A stretch of 64,000 nt of DNA from Raja brachyura (taxonomy: Eukaryota). Location of the stretch: contig OY740798.1 of the NCBI GenBank assembly GCA_963514005.1, forward strand, positions 51,398,001 through 51,462,000, in the 5' to 3' direction. The translations under genes and the position numbers were made by a program. Below are positions 56,201 through 63,229 of the stretch, one piece after another; position 1 is the stretch's first letter; every line of letters starts with the position of its first letter. Under the pieces are notes generated by a model. That model was not told the DNA's origin. It saw only the letters and a program-made list of their open reading frames with translations, and did no database searches.

Positions 56201-56439
56201 AAGATGAATTGAAGCGTTTCCCTTCAGTAATTCAGCCTCAGAAATATTGGCACCAGATCGATTTCGCTCTTTAGTTCCTCCTTCAAAGGAAAACACTTCT
56301 GTTTTCTCATTAAGGGTCCATCTGACTGCCATCTTTTTTAAGTCAATGATTCCAGACCCAGTAACCATGCATTTCAGAGTCACATTGTCATTTAATAATA
56401 CCATCAGTGGACTTGCAAATATCTCCAGCTCAAAGGTAT
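8143..56439 (-). CDS. NCR3LG1: Multi-exon NCR3LG1/B7-H6-like type I membrane protein, 5'-partial: V - C1 - TM - cytoplasmic tail with an Ig-like domain and acidic repeats
   Basis: Nine GT-AG phase 1-1 exons (333, 315, 102, 78, 432, 90, 90, 90, 90 nt) splice into one open frame. V and C1 motifs match B7-H6 (LNDNVT, GFYPxxINITWxK, NxDxTFN, YxCVVRH). Linkage of the post-TM exons to this transcript is inferred from order and phase only. Confidence 0.75.
8448..8537 (-). CDS. 90-nt acidic repeat exon A' ([30 protein letters not shown])
   Basis: aaatacAG...GTAAGG, phase 1-1, open. Confidence 0.65.
8633..10480 (+). mobile_element. Gypsy LTR retrotransposon pol remnant (RT-RNaseH-integrase), frameshifted
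   Basis: [57 protein letters not shown]. Confidence 0.85.
9497..10074. mobile_element. PIF/Harbinger-type MITE inserted in Gypsy pol
   Basis: Imperfect TIRs of about 45 bp starting AGGGCCTGTCC; 3-bp TSD TAC (9494-9496 and 10075-10077). Removing it restores Gypsy QAY|HTAVSDLRL. Confidence 0.75.
10497..10986. repeat. 84-bp minisatellite, about 5.8 copies, alternating variants (168-bp higher-order unit)
   Basis: Units start at 10501, 10585, 10669, 10753, 10837, 10921. AGCGGC and AGCGAC alternate strictly. Confidence 0.95.
10991..11333 (+). mobile_element. CR1 family A 3' end
   Basis: [18 protein letters not shown]; (TTCTATGT)n tail. Confidence 0.9.
12201..12700 (+). mobile_element. CR1 family B 3' end
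   Basis: [27 protein letters not shown]; (GGTTATAT)n tail. Confidence 0.9.
12906..13255. mobile_element. Unclassified 350-bp insertion with degenerate ~35-bp internal repeats and a 9-bp TSD
   Basis: ACACGTATG at 12897-12905 and 13256-13264; TTATGGCCAG-type subrepeats. Confidence 0.5.
14006..15847 (-). mobile_element. CR1 family B ORF2 (RT), internally deleted and frameshifted
   Basis: ORFs 14083-15789: [26 protein letters not shown]. Confidence 0.9.
18835..22320 (-). mobile_element. Penelope-like element, 5'-truncated, with uninterrupted RT and GIY-YIG endonuclease
   Basis: [58 protein letters not shown]. 13-bp TSD with one mismatch, TTCACAYCAGAGT (18822-18834 and 22321-22333). Confidence 0.92.
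18935..18962 (-). ncRNA. Minimal hammerhead ribozyme core (Penelope 3' region)
   Basis: CUGAAGA-A-GGGUCUCGACCC-GAAA-C-GUC; helix II well paired, helix I weak. Confidence 0.55.
19209..22418 (-). CDS. 1069-aa ORF: 33 aa from the Gypsy integrase Zn-binding region fused in frame to Penelope RT-GIY-YIG
   Basis: ORF track; junction [12 protein letters not shown]|LARLQ coincides with the TSD. Confidence 0.7.
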   Translation of the reverse strand: MKDTLHTSHLGVEGTHRRARECIFWPGMNSGVKLARLQAVPATDNPRLHRPQAPGPNSGPSRWPESPDAILATSSASRTHRDAAFTDLHADAAADPHLPTDDAQPRCLPGNFVYLTLPDSTADLQHNATAEPRCPPGPPTLIAAPGPSSIAAVLGPPKITAAPVSPCIAAGPGPSEHGRRTAPHSSRRLTGRAEPCCPTDHSPTRTTHASPADTDSTACGLLPSGPPTRDTPPPSSSPQPSPHLQTGLCSGPEASTLLTPPTTLLLTELGPSARLPSPGDLSGYSTGSSPFPSYHVTPALSHPHHSPHTPPPPDHPPPPHHTTPRPQSTHLPSSSHNPHPCHVFTIPPDLPLSDTERSVLSRGLTFVPLRPHLNEFRAHHDLELFYRRLRLTAFFHGNKSSPPTDDPFSCLPRTPSSWTPPRGPPALELFIQNCRRDINRLDFSTPLSHSNLSPSERTATDSLRNNPDWVIKPADKGGAVVVWRVDLYKAEATRQLSDTSSYLPLDHDPTDEHQATISSTITDFINSGSLPPRASNLIVSQPRTARFYLLPKIHKPDCPGRPIVSACSCPTEHISTYLDSILSPFVKSLPTYVQDTSDTLRRLRTFRCPGPHPLIFTMDVQSLYTCIPHQDGLKALRYFLDQRSNPYPSTDTLLRLAELVLTLNNFSFDSSHFLQTQGVAMGTRMGPSYACLFVGYVEQSLFSAYQGPTPDLYLRYIDDCFGVTSCTHAELTDFIHFTTNFHPALKYTWTISDISLPFLDLTISIAGDTLLTDIHYKPTDSHSYLDYSSSDPASCKDSIPYSQFLRLRRICSQDDLFHTRSSQMSSFFRERGFPSPTIDEARTRVSSIPRNTALSPHSPTHNKGRVPLVLTFHPTSQRIQQIVLRQFRHLQRDPSTRHIFPSPPLSAFRKDRSLRNSLVNSSLPSRSTPSPGTFPCNRKRCYTCPFTSPIHSFQGPKQSFQVRQRFTCTSSNLVYCIRCSRCQLIYIGETKRRLGDRFAEHLRSVRNNQPDLPVAQHFNSPSHSVSDLSVLGLLHGQSEQHRKFEEQHLIFRLGSLHPLGLNIEFSQFC
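25360..26420. mobile_element. CR1 fragments: minus-strand 25360-25670, plus an old plus-strand remnant split by a young family A copy (25888-26360)
   Basis: CR1 ORF2 C-terminal motifs and (TTCTATGT)n tail. Confidence 0.8.
26438..26527 (-). CDS. 90-nt acidic repeat exon B ([30 protein letters not shown])
   Basis: taatacAG...GTAATG, phase 1-1, open. Paralogous to exon A and to 8143-8232. Confidence 0.65.
26743..26832 (-). CDS. 90-nt acidic repeat exon A ([30 protein letters not shown])
   Basis: aaatacAG...GTAAGT, phase 1-1, open. Near-identical copy at 8448-8537. Confidence 0.65.
27150..27400 (+). mobile_element. tRNA-derived SINE (V-SINE/HE1-like); related copies at about 33650-33930 (-) and 43700-43965 (-)
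   Basis: A/B-box-like head followed by a GGAGTTTGTACGTTCTCCCCGTG..TTTTCTCCGG core. Confidence 0.65.
28094..29173 (-). CDS. DIRS tyrosine recombinase (probably inactive: HxxR reads LSNR)
   Basis: [44 protein letters not shown]. Confidence 0.85.
   Translation of the reverse strand: MGPFEGLPTIGYSPCLRGAASLPWLFKFVGLQVLNRPLVQYGLSARTMDTTGASCRESTRQRYCSHIKKWEAYCSRSRITYDDVTTTDVLEFLAGLHHDEHLSYSAINSARSALSFYLSLEVGSNRLVSRLMRGIFNMNPPTPRYNITWDVRDVLTLLRTWSPMEGLQLDQRTMKLVMLLALTSAQRVQTLHKLRVDRMTSTPTEVVFFIDELLKQHGPGCTGLQLKFPAYPADARLCVASHIRHYVKVTARIRGMERYLLVTHKRPHHRVTVQTISMWLPVVLGKSGIDTNVFKSLSNRAASTSTARVMEVPMDQILATAGWANEAVFQRFYNKPVAAPLQFAEAVLNAGHERGDVPA
29071..30360 (-). CDS. DIRS RT C-terminus, RNase H and DNA N6-adenine methyltransferase-like domain
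   Basis: [62 protein letters not shown]. The N-terminal part of RT (30361-31000) is frameshifted. Confidence 0.9.
   Translation of the reverse strand: MAYLDDVLIVGHTLELAEQGVAAAVNIFQQLGFIVHPEKSKFYPAQVINYLGFTVNSISMRVTIPINKIEEVTQVCQDLIRTNIPSIRHLATIIGKLVALFSAVRYGPLHYQNLQRAKIAALKQNAGHYDRSMQLPPEAINELQWWVCHISNSFKPIREANPVVYLQTDASSNGWGSTNNCSSCGGRWDTLESTMLLTQGINYLELLAAFYGLRAYCSKLVGAHVRLQIDNTTAVAYLNHMGGTRPVSCDKLANSIWLWCVQRDIWISATYLPGELNTVADTRSRKFNDNIEWMLHPEIFSKVTAKFGKPDIDLFASRWNHQVPTYVSWEPDPGAIALDAFSLDWGKWFFYAFPPFCLISRVLGKIQADAAKGILIIPDWPTQPWYPVVFDMLNEPWVLLKGCPQLVTHPVSGEPHPCHGYLNLLACRF
31099..32576 (-). pseudogene. DIRS gag-like ORF1, frameshifted
   Basis: [39 protein letters not shown]; lies upstream of RT inside the ITRs. 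Confidence 0.7.
33092..33523 (-). CDS. Divergent Ig C1-like domain exon lacking canonical Cys, located after the TM exon
   Basis: Acceptor ttgtgtctatctttcAG, donor GTAATA. 432 nt open, phase 1-1, non-repetitive. Aligns by eye to the gene's own C1 exon ([19 protein letters not shown] vs [20 protein letters not shown]). Confidence 0.7.
33976..34233 (-). mobile_element. CR1 family A 3' end
   Basis: Reverse complement of the 10991-11333-type tail. Confidence 0.9.
34315..35320 (+). mobile_element. Old CR1 RT fragment interrupted by an unclassified CpG-rich insert (34622-35140)
   Basis: [25 protein letters not shown]; resumes with [15 protein letters not shown] after 35145. Confidence 0.65.
35778..37787 (-). 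mobile_element. Probable solo LTR (~1.25 kb) containing a later CR1 family B insertion
   Basis: Flanked by a CTAA(T) duplication (35774-35778 and 37788-37792); TG start; minus-strand AATAAA near 35843; CCAAT motifs; splits an old CR1 remnant. Confidence 0.45.
37021..37768 (+). mobile_element. CR1 family B 3' fragment
   Basis: ORF 37021..37692; TATAGAA direct repeat at the flanks. Confidence 0.9.
40110..41360 (-). mobile_element. Penelope-like element 3' fragment with inverted 5' segment and 15-bp TSD
   Basis: ORF 40432..41205 (GIY-YIG); plus-strand RT piece at 41182-41352; TACATCTCCATCTGG at 40095-40109 and 41361-41375. Confidence 0.88.
40175..40202 (-). ncRNA. Minimal hammerhead ribozyme core (Penelope 3' region)
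   Basis: Identical core to 18935-18962. Confidence 0.55.
41811..41874 (-). pseudogene. Truncated fifth copy of the 90-nt acidic repeat exon ([21 protein letters not shown])
   Basis: Homologous to the 3' two-thirds of exons 8143-8232 and 26438-26527 and keeps the donor GTAAAG. Its 5' part and acceptor are replaced by a CR1 3' fragment. Confidence 0.65.
42167..42244 (-). CDS. First cytoplasmic exon ([26 protein letters not shown])
   Basis: Acceptor tttatgttgttcAG, donor GTAATT. 78 nt, phase 1-1, open, non-repeat sequence about 235 bp downstream of the TM exon. Confidence 0.7.
42480..42581 (-). CDS. Transmembrane exon ([34 protein letters not shown])
   Basis: Acceptor ctgttttaacAG, donor GTAAAC. 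102 nt, phase 1-1. Hydrophobic helix followed by a basic stop-transfer KKK. Not in the ORF track; translated by hand. Confidence 0.85.
44903..45217 (-). CDS. NCR3LG1: IgC1 exon of B7-H6-like gene (ARPNVSL...[19 protein letters not shown]...[16 protein letters not shown]...YRCVVRH...LTVP)
   Basis: Acceptor ttttttaatgcAG, donor GTGAGT. 315 nt. C1-set signature CxxxGFYP..W and YxCxVxH. Confidence 0.9.
46710..46955 (-). mobile_element. RTE-clade LINE 3' end
   Basis: C2H2-like [21 protein letters not shown] and GGTCTTCTTCGACTACAAAGGACA followed by a short (ACA)n tail; inserted in an older Rex-like fragment (about 46250-47050). Confidence 0.7.
47340..52130 (-). mobile_element. Degenerate DIRS element (RT, RNaseH, MTase, YR, ICR, right terminus), host to a nested DIRS
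   Basis: [33 protein letters not shown]. Terminal/ICR inverted repeat at about 47340-47410 vs 47552-47630. Confidence 0.85.
48777..50240 (-). mobile_element. Internally deleted non-autonomous DIRS (both termini, ICR, YR tail) nested in another DIRS
   Basis: Right terminus at 48777, ICR about 48915-49025, left terminus ending at 50240; AATA duplicated. Excision restores [13 protein letters not shown] of the host. Confidence 0.8.
52133..54915 (-). mobile_element. CR1 family B, near-complete ORF2 (APE and RT), with an ~80-bp LINE tail (GAATCT)n inserted at about 54087-54165
   Basis: GVYYRPP, VGDFNFP, LDLLL and the 524-aa RT ORF 52263..53837. Confidence 0.92.
55287..56035 (-). mobile_element. 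CR1 5' ORF2 (APE) fragment with upstream region
   Basis: [21 protein letters not shown]. Confidence 0.75.
56107..56439 (-). CDS. NCR3LG1: IgV exon of B7-H6-like gene ([24 protein letters not shown]...VRW...[27 protein letters not shown]...TMQVL)
   Basis: Acceptor tttttttAG at 56440-56441, donor GTAAGA at 56106. 333 nt. V-set Cys/Trp/DxGxYxC motifs; LNDNVT is shared with B7-H6. Confidence 0.9.
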
Positions 56440-56529
56440 CTAAAAAAAGCATAAAAACATAAATCATGAAAGACGTATAAAATGATGACCTGATAACAGT
56501 ATATAAAATTATGAGAAGCATTGGCAGCG

Positions 56530-57110
56530 CCCACATGGGAACCCACACCACGGACTGGGAACACGTGAACACACATCACGGACCGGGAACATGGGAACAC
56601 ACGCCACGGACTGGGAACACGGGAACACATGCCACGGACCAGGAACACGTGAACACGCATCACAGACCGGGACAATGGGAACACACGCCATGGACCGGGA
56701 ACATGGGAACACACGCCACGGACTGGGAACACGTGAACACGGATCACGGACTGGGAACATGGGAACACACGCCATGGACTGGGAACACATGCCACGGACC
56801 GGGAACACGTGAACACGCATCACAGACCGGGAACATGGGAACACACGCCACGGACCGGGAACATGGGAACACACGCCACGGACTGGGAACACGTGAACAC
56901 GGATCACGGACCGGGAACATGGGAACACGCCACGGACTGGGAACACGTGGACACACGCCACGGACCGGGAACACGTGAACACGCATCACGGACTGGGAAC
57001 ATGGGAACATACGCCATGGACTGGGAACACGGGAACACATGCCACGGACTAGGAACATGGACTGGGAACATGGGAATCCACACCATGGACTGGGGACACA
57101 GGAACATGTG
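56530..57110. repeat. ~28-30-bp minisatellite (CACGGACYGGGAACAYGGGAACACACGC and variants)
   Basis: Visible tandem array ending about 90 bp from the IgV exon acceptor. Confidence 0.9.
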
Positions 57111-57574
57111 AACCAGCCTGGATGGCCCACCCTGATAGGAGGGCCAGTGAGCATGCAGGCTGCGGGAGGGAGTGCATAGCTTCGACGGGGGAGTAGGCCG
57201 CTGGAGGCCCTGCAACAGCCTGGGGCTCGGTTGGACCGGGCACCGCTTCCAGAGGCAGAGCTCGTGCACCGGATGCGGCCTATAGCCGTGGAGCAGTGGC
57301 GGAGATCACCACAGCTACACTTGGCCAGGCTGACCCTGCAACACGTCAGCACAACGGGCCTTCATAGACGGGTCAAGAACCCTGCACTCACAACAACTGG
57401 GACTTGGAAATGGTGCCAAACTGGTGACTCTAAACTGCCTCAGTGGACCACTGCTATACTGTTCATATCTCCTCGTTATCACCTCCTCCACAGCCAAAAA
57501 TAGACCATGGTGCTGGCTCTGATCTGTTCTGAACCTCTTCATATCTCTAGTTTCCCTCTCCCTTGAATCTCAAT

Positions 57575-57602
57575 CTGAAGAAGGGATTCGACCCGAAACG
57601 TC
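57575..57602 (+). ncRNA. Hammerhead-like core in a short Penelope-derived repeat (about 57540-57700)
   Basis: CUGAAGAAGGGAUUCGACCCGAAACGUC. Confidence 0.45.
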
Positions 57603-57720
57603 ACCTGTCCATGTTCTCCAGAGATGCTGCCTGGCACGCTGAGTTACTCCAGCACTTTGTGTCCACCTTCGGTATAAACCAGCATCTGCGGTTCCTTCCT
57701 ACACAGTGGAGACTTCCTAC

Positions 57721-60198
57721 ATGGGTGACTTCAATCTACATGTAGATTGGGTGAATCAAATTGCCTGGGGTGCTGAGGAAGAGGATTTCTTGGAATGTAT
57801 GCGGGATAGTTTTCTAAACCAACATGTAGAGGAACCAACGAGTGAGTAGGCTATTCTAGACTGGGTATTGAGTATTGAGGAAGAGTTGGTTGGCAGTCTT
57901 GATGTGCGTGGCCCCTTGGGCAAGAGTGACCATAATATGGTTGAGTTCTTCATTAGGATGGAGAGTGACATCATCAATTCAGAAACAAGGGTTCGGAAAT
58001 TGCAGAAAGGTAACTTTGAGGGTATGATACGTGAATTGGCCAAGATAGACTGGCAATTGATTCTTAAAGGGTTGACAGTGGATGTGCAATGGAAGGCATT
58101 TAAAGACTGCATGGATGAACTACAACAATTGTTCATCCCAGTTTGGCAAAAGAATAAATCAGGGAAGGTAGTGCATCCATGGATAACAAGGGAAATGAGG
58201 GATAGTGTCACAACAAAAGATGAAGCATACAAATTAGCCAGAAAAAGAAGCCTACCAGAGGACTGGGAGAAATTCCGAGTCCAGCAGAGGAGGACAAAGG
58301 GCTTAATTAGGAAAAGGAAAATAGATTATGAAAGAAAACTGGCAGGGAACATAAAAACTGACTGCAAATGGTTTTATAGAAGAGAAAAATATTAGTTAAA
58401 ACAAATGTAGGTCCCTTGCAGTCAGAAACGGGTGAATTGATCATGGGGAACAAGGACATGGCAGACCAATTGAATAACTACTTTGGTTCTGTCTTCACTA
58501 AGGAAGACATAAATAATCTGCCGGAAATAGCAGGGGACCGGGGGCCAATTAAGATGGAGGAACTGAGAGAAAACCAGGTTAGCCGGGAAGTGGTGTTGGG
58601 TAAATGGAATGGATTAAAGGGCCATAAATCCCCAGGGCCAGATAGGCTGCATCCCATAGTATTCATGAAGTAGGCACAGAAATAGTGGATGCATTGGTGA
58701 TAATTTTTCAAAACTCTTTAGAATCTGGAGTCGTTCCTGACCATTGGAGAGTAGCTAATGTAACCCCACTTTTTGAAAAAGAGAGAAAATGGGGAATTAC
58801 AGTCCAGTTAGTCTAACATCGGTAGCGGGGAAACTGCTAGTCAGTTATTAAAGATGGGATAGCAGCACATTTGGAAAGTGGTGAAATCATTGGACAAAGT
58901 CAGCATGGATTTACGAAAGGTAAATCACGTCTGACGAATCTTATAGAATTTTTCGAGGATGTAACTAGTAGAGTGGATAAGGGAGAACCAGTGGATGTGT
59001 TATATCTGGACTTTCAAAAGGCTTTCGAAAAGGTCCCACATAAGAGATTAGTATACATAAAGCACATGGTATTGGGGGTTCAGTAGTGATGTGGATAGAG
59101 AACTGGCTGGCAGACAGGAAGCAAAGGGTAGGAGTAAACTGGTCCTTTTCAGAATGGCAGGCAGTGACTAGTGGGGTACCGCAAGGCTCAGTGCTGGGAC
59201 CCCAGCTATTTATAATATATATTAATGATTTGGACGAGGGAAATGAATGCAACATCTCCAAGTTTGCGGATGACACGAAGCTGGGGGGCAGTGTTAGGTG
59301 TGAGGAGGATGCAAGGAGGCTGCAAGGTGACTTGGATAGGTTGGGTGAGTGGGCAAATGCATGGCAGATGCAGTATAATGTGGGTAAATGTGATGTTATC
59401 TACTTTGGTGGCAAAAACAGGAGGATAGACTATTATCTGAATGGTGGCCGATTAGGAAAAGGGGAGATGCAACGAGACCTGGGTGTCATGGTACACCAGT
59501 CATTGAAAGTAGGCATGCAGGTGCAGCAGGTAGTGAAGAAAGTCAATGGTATGTTAGCATTCATAGCAAAAGGATTTGAGTATAGGAGCAGGGAGGTTCT
59601 ACTGCAGTTGTACAGGGTTTTGGTGAGACCACACCTGGAGTATTGCGTACAGTTTTGGTCTCCAAATCTGAGGAAAGACATTCTTGCCATAGAGGGGGTA
59701 CAGAGAAGGTTCACCAGACTGATTCCTGGGATGTCAGGACTTTCATATGAGGAAAGATTGGATAGACTCGGCTTGTACTCGCGGGAATTTAGAAGATTGA
59801 GGGGGGATCTTATAGCAACTTACAAAATTCTTAAGGGGTTGGACAAGCTAGATGCTGGAAGATTGTTCCCGATGTTGGGGAAGTCCAGAACAAGGGGTCA
59901 CAGTCTAAGGATAAGGGGGAATTCCTTTAGGACCGAGATGAGGAAAACATTTTTCACACAGAGAGTGGTGAGTCTCTGGAATTCTCTGCCACAGAAGATA
60001 GTTCAGGCCAGTTCATTGGCTATATTTAAGAGAGAGTTGGATTTGGCCCTTGTGGCTAAAGGGATCAGGGGGTATGGAGAGAAGGCAGGTACGGGATACT
60101 GAGTTGAATGATCGGCCATGATCACATTGAATGGTGGTGCAGGCTCGAAGGGCCGAATGGCCTACTCCTGCACCTATTTTCTATGTTTCTATGTTTCT
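57721..60198 (+). mobile_element. CR1 family A ORF2 (APE end and RT), frameshifted, with intact 3' tail
   Basis: [28 protein letters not shown]; (TTCTATGT)n. Confidence 0.92.
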
Positions 60199-60362
60199 AC
60201 GTTACACTAGTATGAACTTGTGCTGTGCCTGAGATATTTATCTACAAACTTATGTGGAGTGATACTTGTACTGAACTGTAAACAAAGATGGATGTCACTG
60301 ATCCTCACTGTGACATTTATCACAGATCATGTTACACTTGACTTGTAACTTTGCCAATCAGT

Positions 60363-60861
60363 AAAGAGAGTACAGAGGAGATTTACTAGAATGTTGCCTG
60401 GGCTCCAGCAACTACGTTACAGAGAAAGGTTGAACAAGTTAAGTCTTTATTCTTTGGAGTGCAGAAGGTTAAGGGGGGACTTGATTGAGGTCTTTAAAAT
60501 GATGAAAGTGATAGACAGAGTTGACGTGGATAAGCTTTTCCCATTGAGGGTAGGGAAGATTCAAACAAGAGAGCATGACATGAGAATTAAGGGACAGAGG
60601 TTTAGGGGTAACATGAGGGGGAACTTCTTTACTCAGAGAGTGGTGGCTGTGTGGAATGAGCTTCCAGTAGAAGTGGTGGAGGCAGGATCGATTTTAACAT
60701 TTAAAAGTAAAGTGGATAGGTATATGGATGGGAAGGGAATGGAGGGACATGGTCTGAGTGCAGGTAGATGGGACTAGGGGAAAATAAATGGTCGGCACAG
60801 ACTGGAATGGCCGAGAAGTCCTGTTTCCGTGCTGTAATTGTTATATGGTTATATGGTTATA
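60363..60861 (+). mobile_element. CR1 family B 3' end
   Basis: ORF 60391..60777; (GGTTATAT)n tail. Confidence 0.9.
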
Positions 60862-61324
60862 TAAAGAGTGGATTTTGATAAGAAATGTATAAATAGGCTG
60901 TAAAACCTTTCCACTTGTACTTTGCCATGCAAATACTTATTGCTACATACCAAGCACGTGCGGGCTTGTAGGTTAAATGGCCCCCGGTGTGCAGGAAGTG
61001 GATGCCAAAGTGGGATTACACAGAGCTACTGTGAACGGGTGATCGATGGTCAGCATGGACTCGGTGGGCCAAAGGGCTGCAGCTTTCAATCAATCAATAT
61101 GCAGAAGGCCATTCAGCCCATGTGTCTATGGCAGCTAGCACAGAGGAAAGCTGTCAGTGTGGAGGGATGCTGCCTCAGTATTCCCCCCTCCCTTATAATC
61201 TATTAATCAATACATACACCATCTCCCTCCCTGTATTCCCTCCACCCACCTACACTGAGGGGTACACAAAAAGCTGGAGAAACTCAGCGGGTGCAGCAGA
61301 ATCTAAGGAGCGAAGGAGATAGGC

Positions 61325-61352
61325 GACGTTTCGGGTCGAGACCCTTCTTCAG
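61325..61352 (-). ncRNA. Minimal hammerhead ribozyme core in a ~100-bp Penelope-derived insert (61260-61356)
   Basis: Identical core to 18935-18962. Confidence 0.5.
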
Positions 61353-61732
61353 ACTGAGGGGTAATTTGTAGTTGCCAATTAACCAGCCCACACAGTCACA
61401 AGGAGAACATGCAAACTCCACACAGTCAGCACTTAAACATAGAACAGTACAGCATGGGAACAGACCCTTCAGCCACAGTGTCCGTGACAAATATGATGCT
61501 AAATTGAACTAATCTCTTCTGCCAGCCATGATCCCTCCATTCCCTGCATATCCATGTGCCTCCAAAAGCCTCTTAAACACCACTGTCATATCTTGAAGTC
61601 AGGATCAAAGCCAGGACTCCAATGCACCACTATTTCACCACTATGCAACCCTTAACCAAATGTCGAACCTAGGCTGCAGGACCTGAACTACAGGGAGAGG
61701 TTGGGCAGGCTAGAACAGGAAGATGAGTGGTG

Positions 61733-63143
61733 ATAGAAACATAGAAACATAGAAAATAGGTGCAGGAGTAGGCCATTCGGCCCTTCGAGCCTGCACCGCC
61801 ATTCAATGTGATCATGGCTGATCATCCAACTCAGTATCCCGTACCTGCCTTCTCTCCATACCCCCTGATCCCTTTAGCCACAAGTGCCACATCTAACGCC
61901 CTCTTAAATATAGCCAATGAACTGGCCTCAACTACCTTCTGTGGCAGAGAATTCCAGAGACTCACCACTCTCTGTGTAAAGAATGTTTTCCTCATTTCGG
62001 TCCTAAAGGAATTCCCCCTTATCCTTAGACTGTGACCCCTTGTTCTGGACTCCCCCAACATCGGGAACAATCTTCCAGCATCTAGCTTGTCCAACCCCTT
62101 AAGAATTTTGTAGGTTTCTATAAGATCCCCCCTCAATCTTCTAAATTCCATCGAGTACAAACCGAGTCTATCCAATCTTTCCTCATATGAAAGTCCTGAC
62201 ATCCCAGGAATCAGTCTGGTGAATCTTCTCTGTACCCCTCTATGGCAAGGATGTCTTTCCTCAGATTTGGAGACCAAAACTGTACGCAGTACTCCAGGTG
62301 TGGCCTCACCAAAACCCTGTACAACTGCAGTAGAACCTCCCTGCTCCTATACTCAAATCCTTTCGCTATGAATGCTAACATACCATTTGCTTTCTTCACT
62401 GCCTGCTGCACCTGCATGCCTACTTTCAATGACTGGTGTACCATGACACCCAGGTCTCGTTGCATCTCCCCCTTACCTAATCTGCCACCATTCAGATAAT
62501 AGTCTACCCTCATGTTTTTGCCACCAAAGTGGATAACCTCACATTTATCCACATTGTACTGCATCTGCCATGCATCTGCCCATTCACTCAGCCTATCCAA
62601 ATCACCCTGCAGCCTCCAAGCATCCTCCTCACACCTAACTATACCCCCCAGCTTGGTATCATCTGCAAATTTGGAGATGTTGCATTGAATTCCCTCGTCC
62701 AAATCATTAATATATATTGTAAATAGCTGGGGTCCCAGCACTGAGCCTTGCGGCACCCCACTAGTCACTGCCTGCCATTCTGAAAAGGACCCGTTTACTC
62801 CTACCCTTTGCCTCCTGTCTGCTAGCCAGTTCTCTATCCACATCAATACTGAACCCCCAATACCGTGTGCTTTAAGTTTGTATGCTAATCTCTTATGCGG
62901 GACCTTGTCGAAAGCCTTCTGAAAGTCTAGATATAACACATCCACTGGTTCTCCCTTATCCACTCTACTAGTTACATCCTCGAAAAATTCTATCAGATTT
63001 GTCAGACATGATTTACCTTTCGTAAATCCATGCTGACTTTGTCCAATGATTTCACCACTTTCCAAATGCGCTGCTATCCCATCTTTAATAACTGACTCTA
63101 GCAGTTTCCCCACTACCGATGTTAGACTAACTGGTCTGTAATT
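61733..63143 (-). mobile_element. CR1 family A RT and 3' end
   Basis: ORFs 61831..63113. Confidence 0.92.
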
Positions 63144-63229
63144 CTTACAAAGGTCTTACAAAGGTGTATCAGATCCTGAGGGGAATAGATAGGATGAATG
63201 CACAGAGTCTTTTACCCAGAGTAGGGGAA

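Noticed and set aside
56440-56572. Hydrophobic in-frame extension (MWALPMLLIILYTVI...) as a signal peptide for the V domain
   Set aside because: It derives from antisense CR1 remnant, minisatellite and the polypyrimidine tract. A strong phase-1 acceptor at 56440 implies a separate leader exon.
56430-57352. Cys/Pro-rich repetitive ORFs
   Set aside because: Translation of the ~28-bp minisatellite in several frames.
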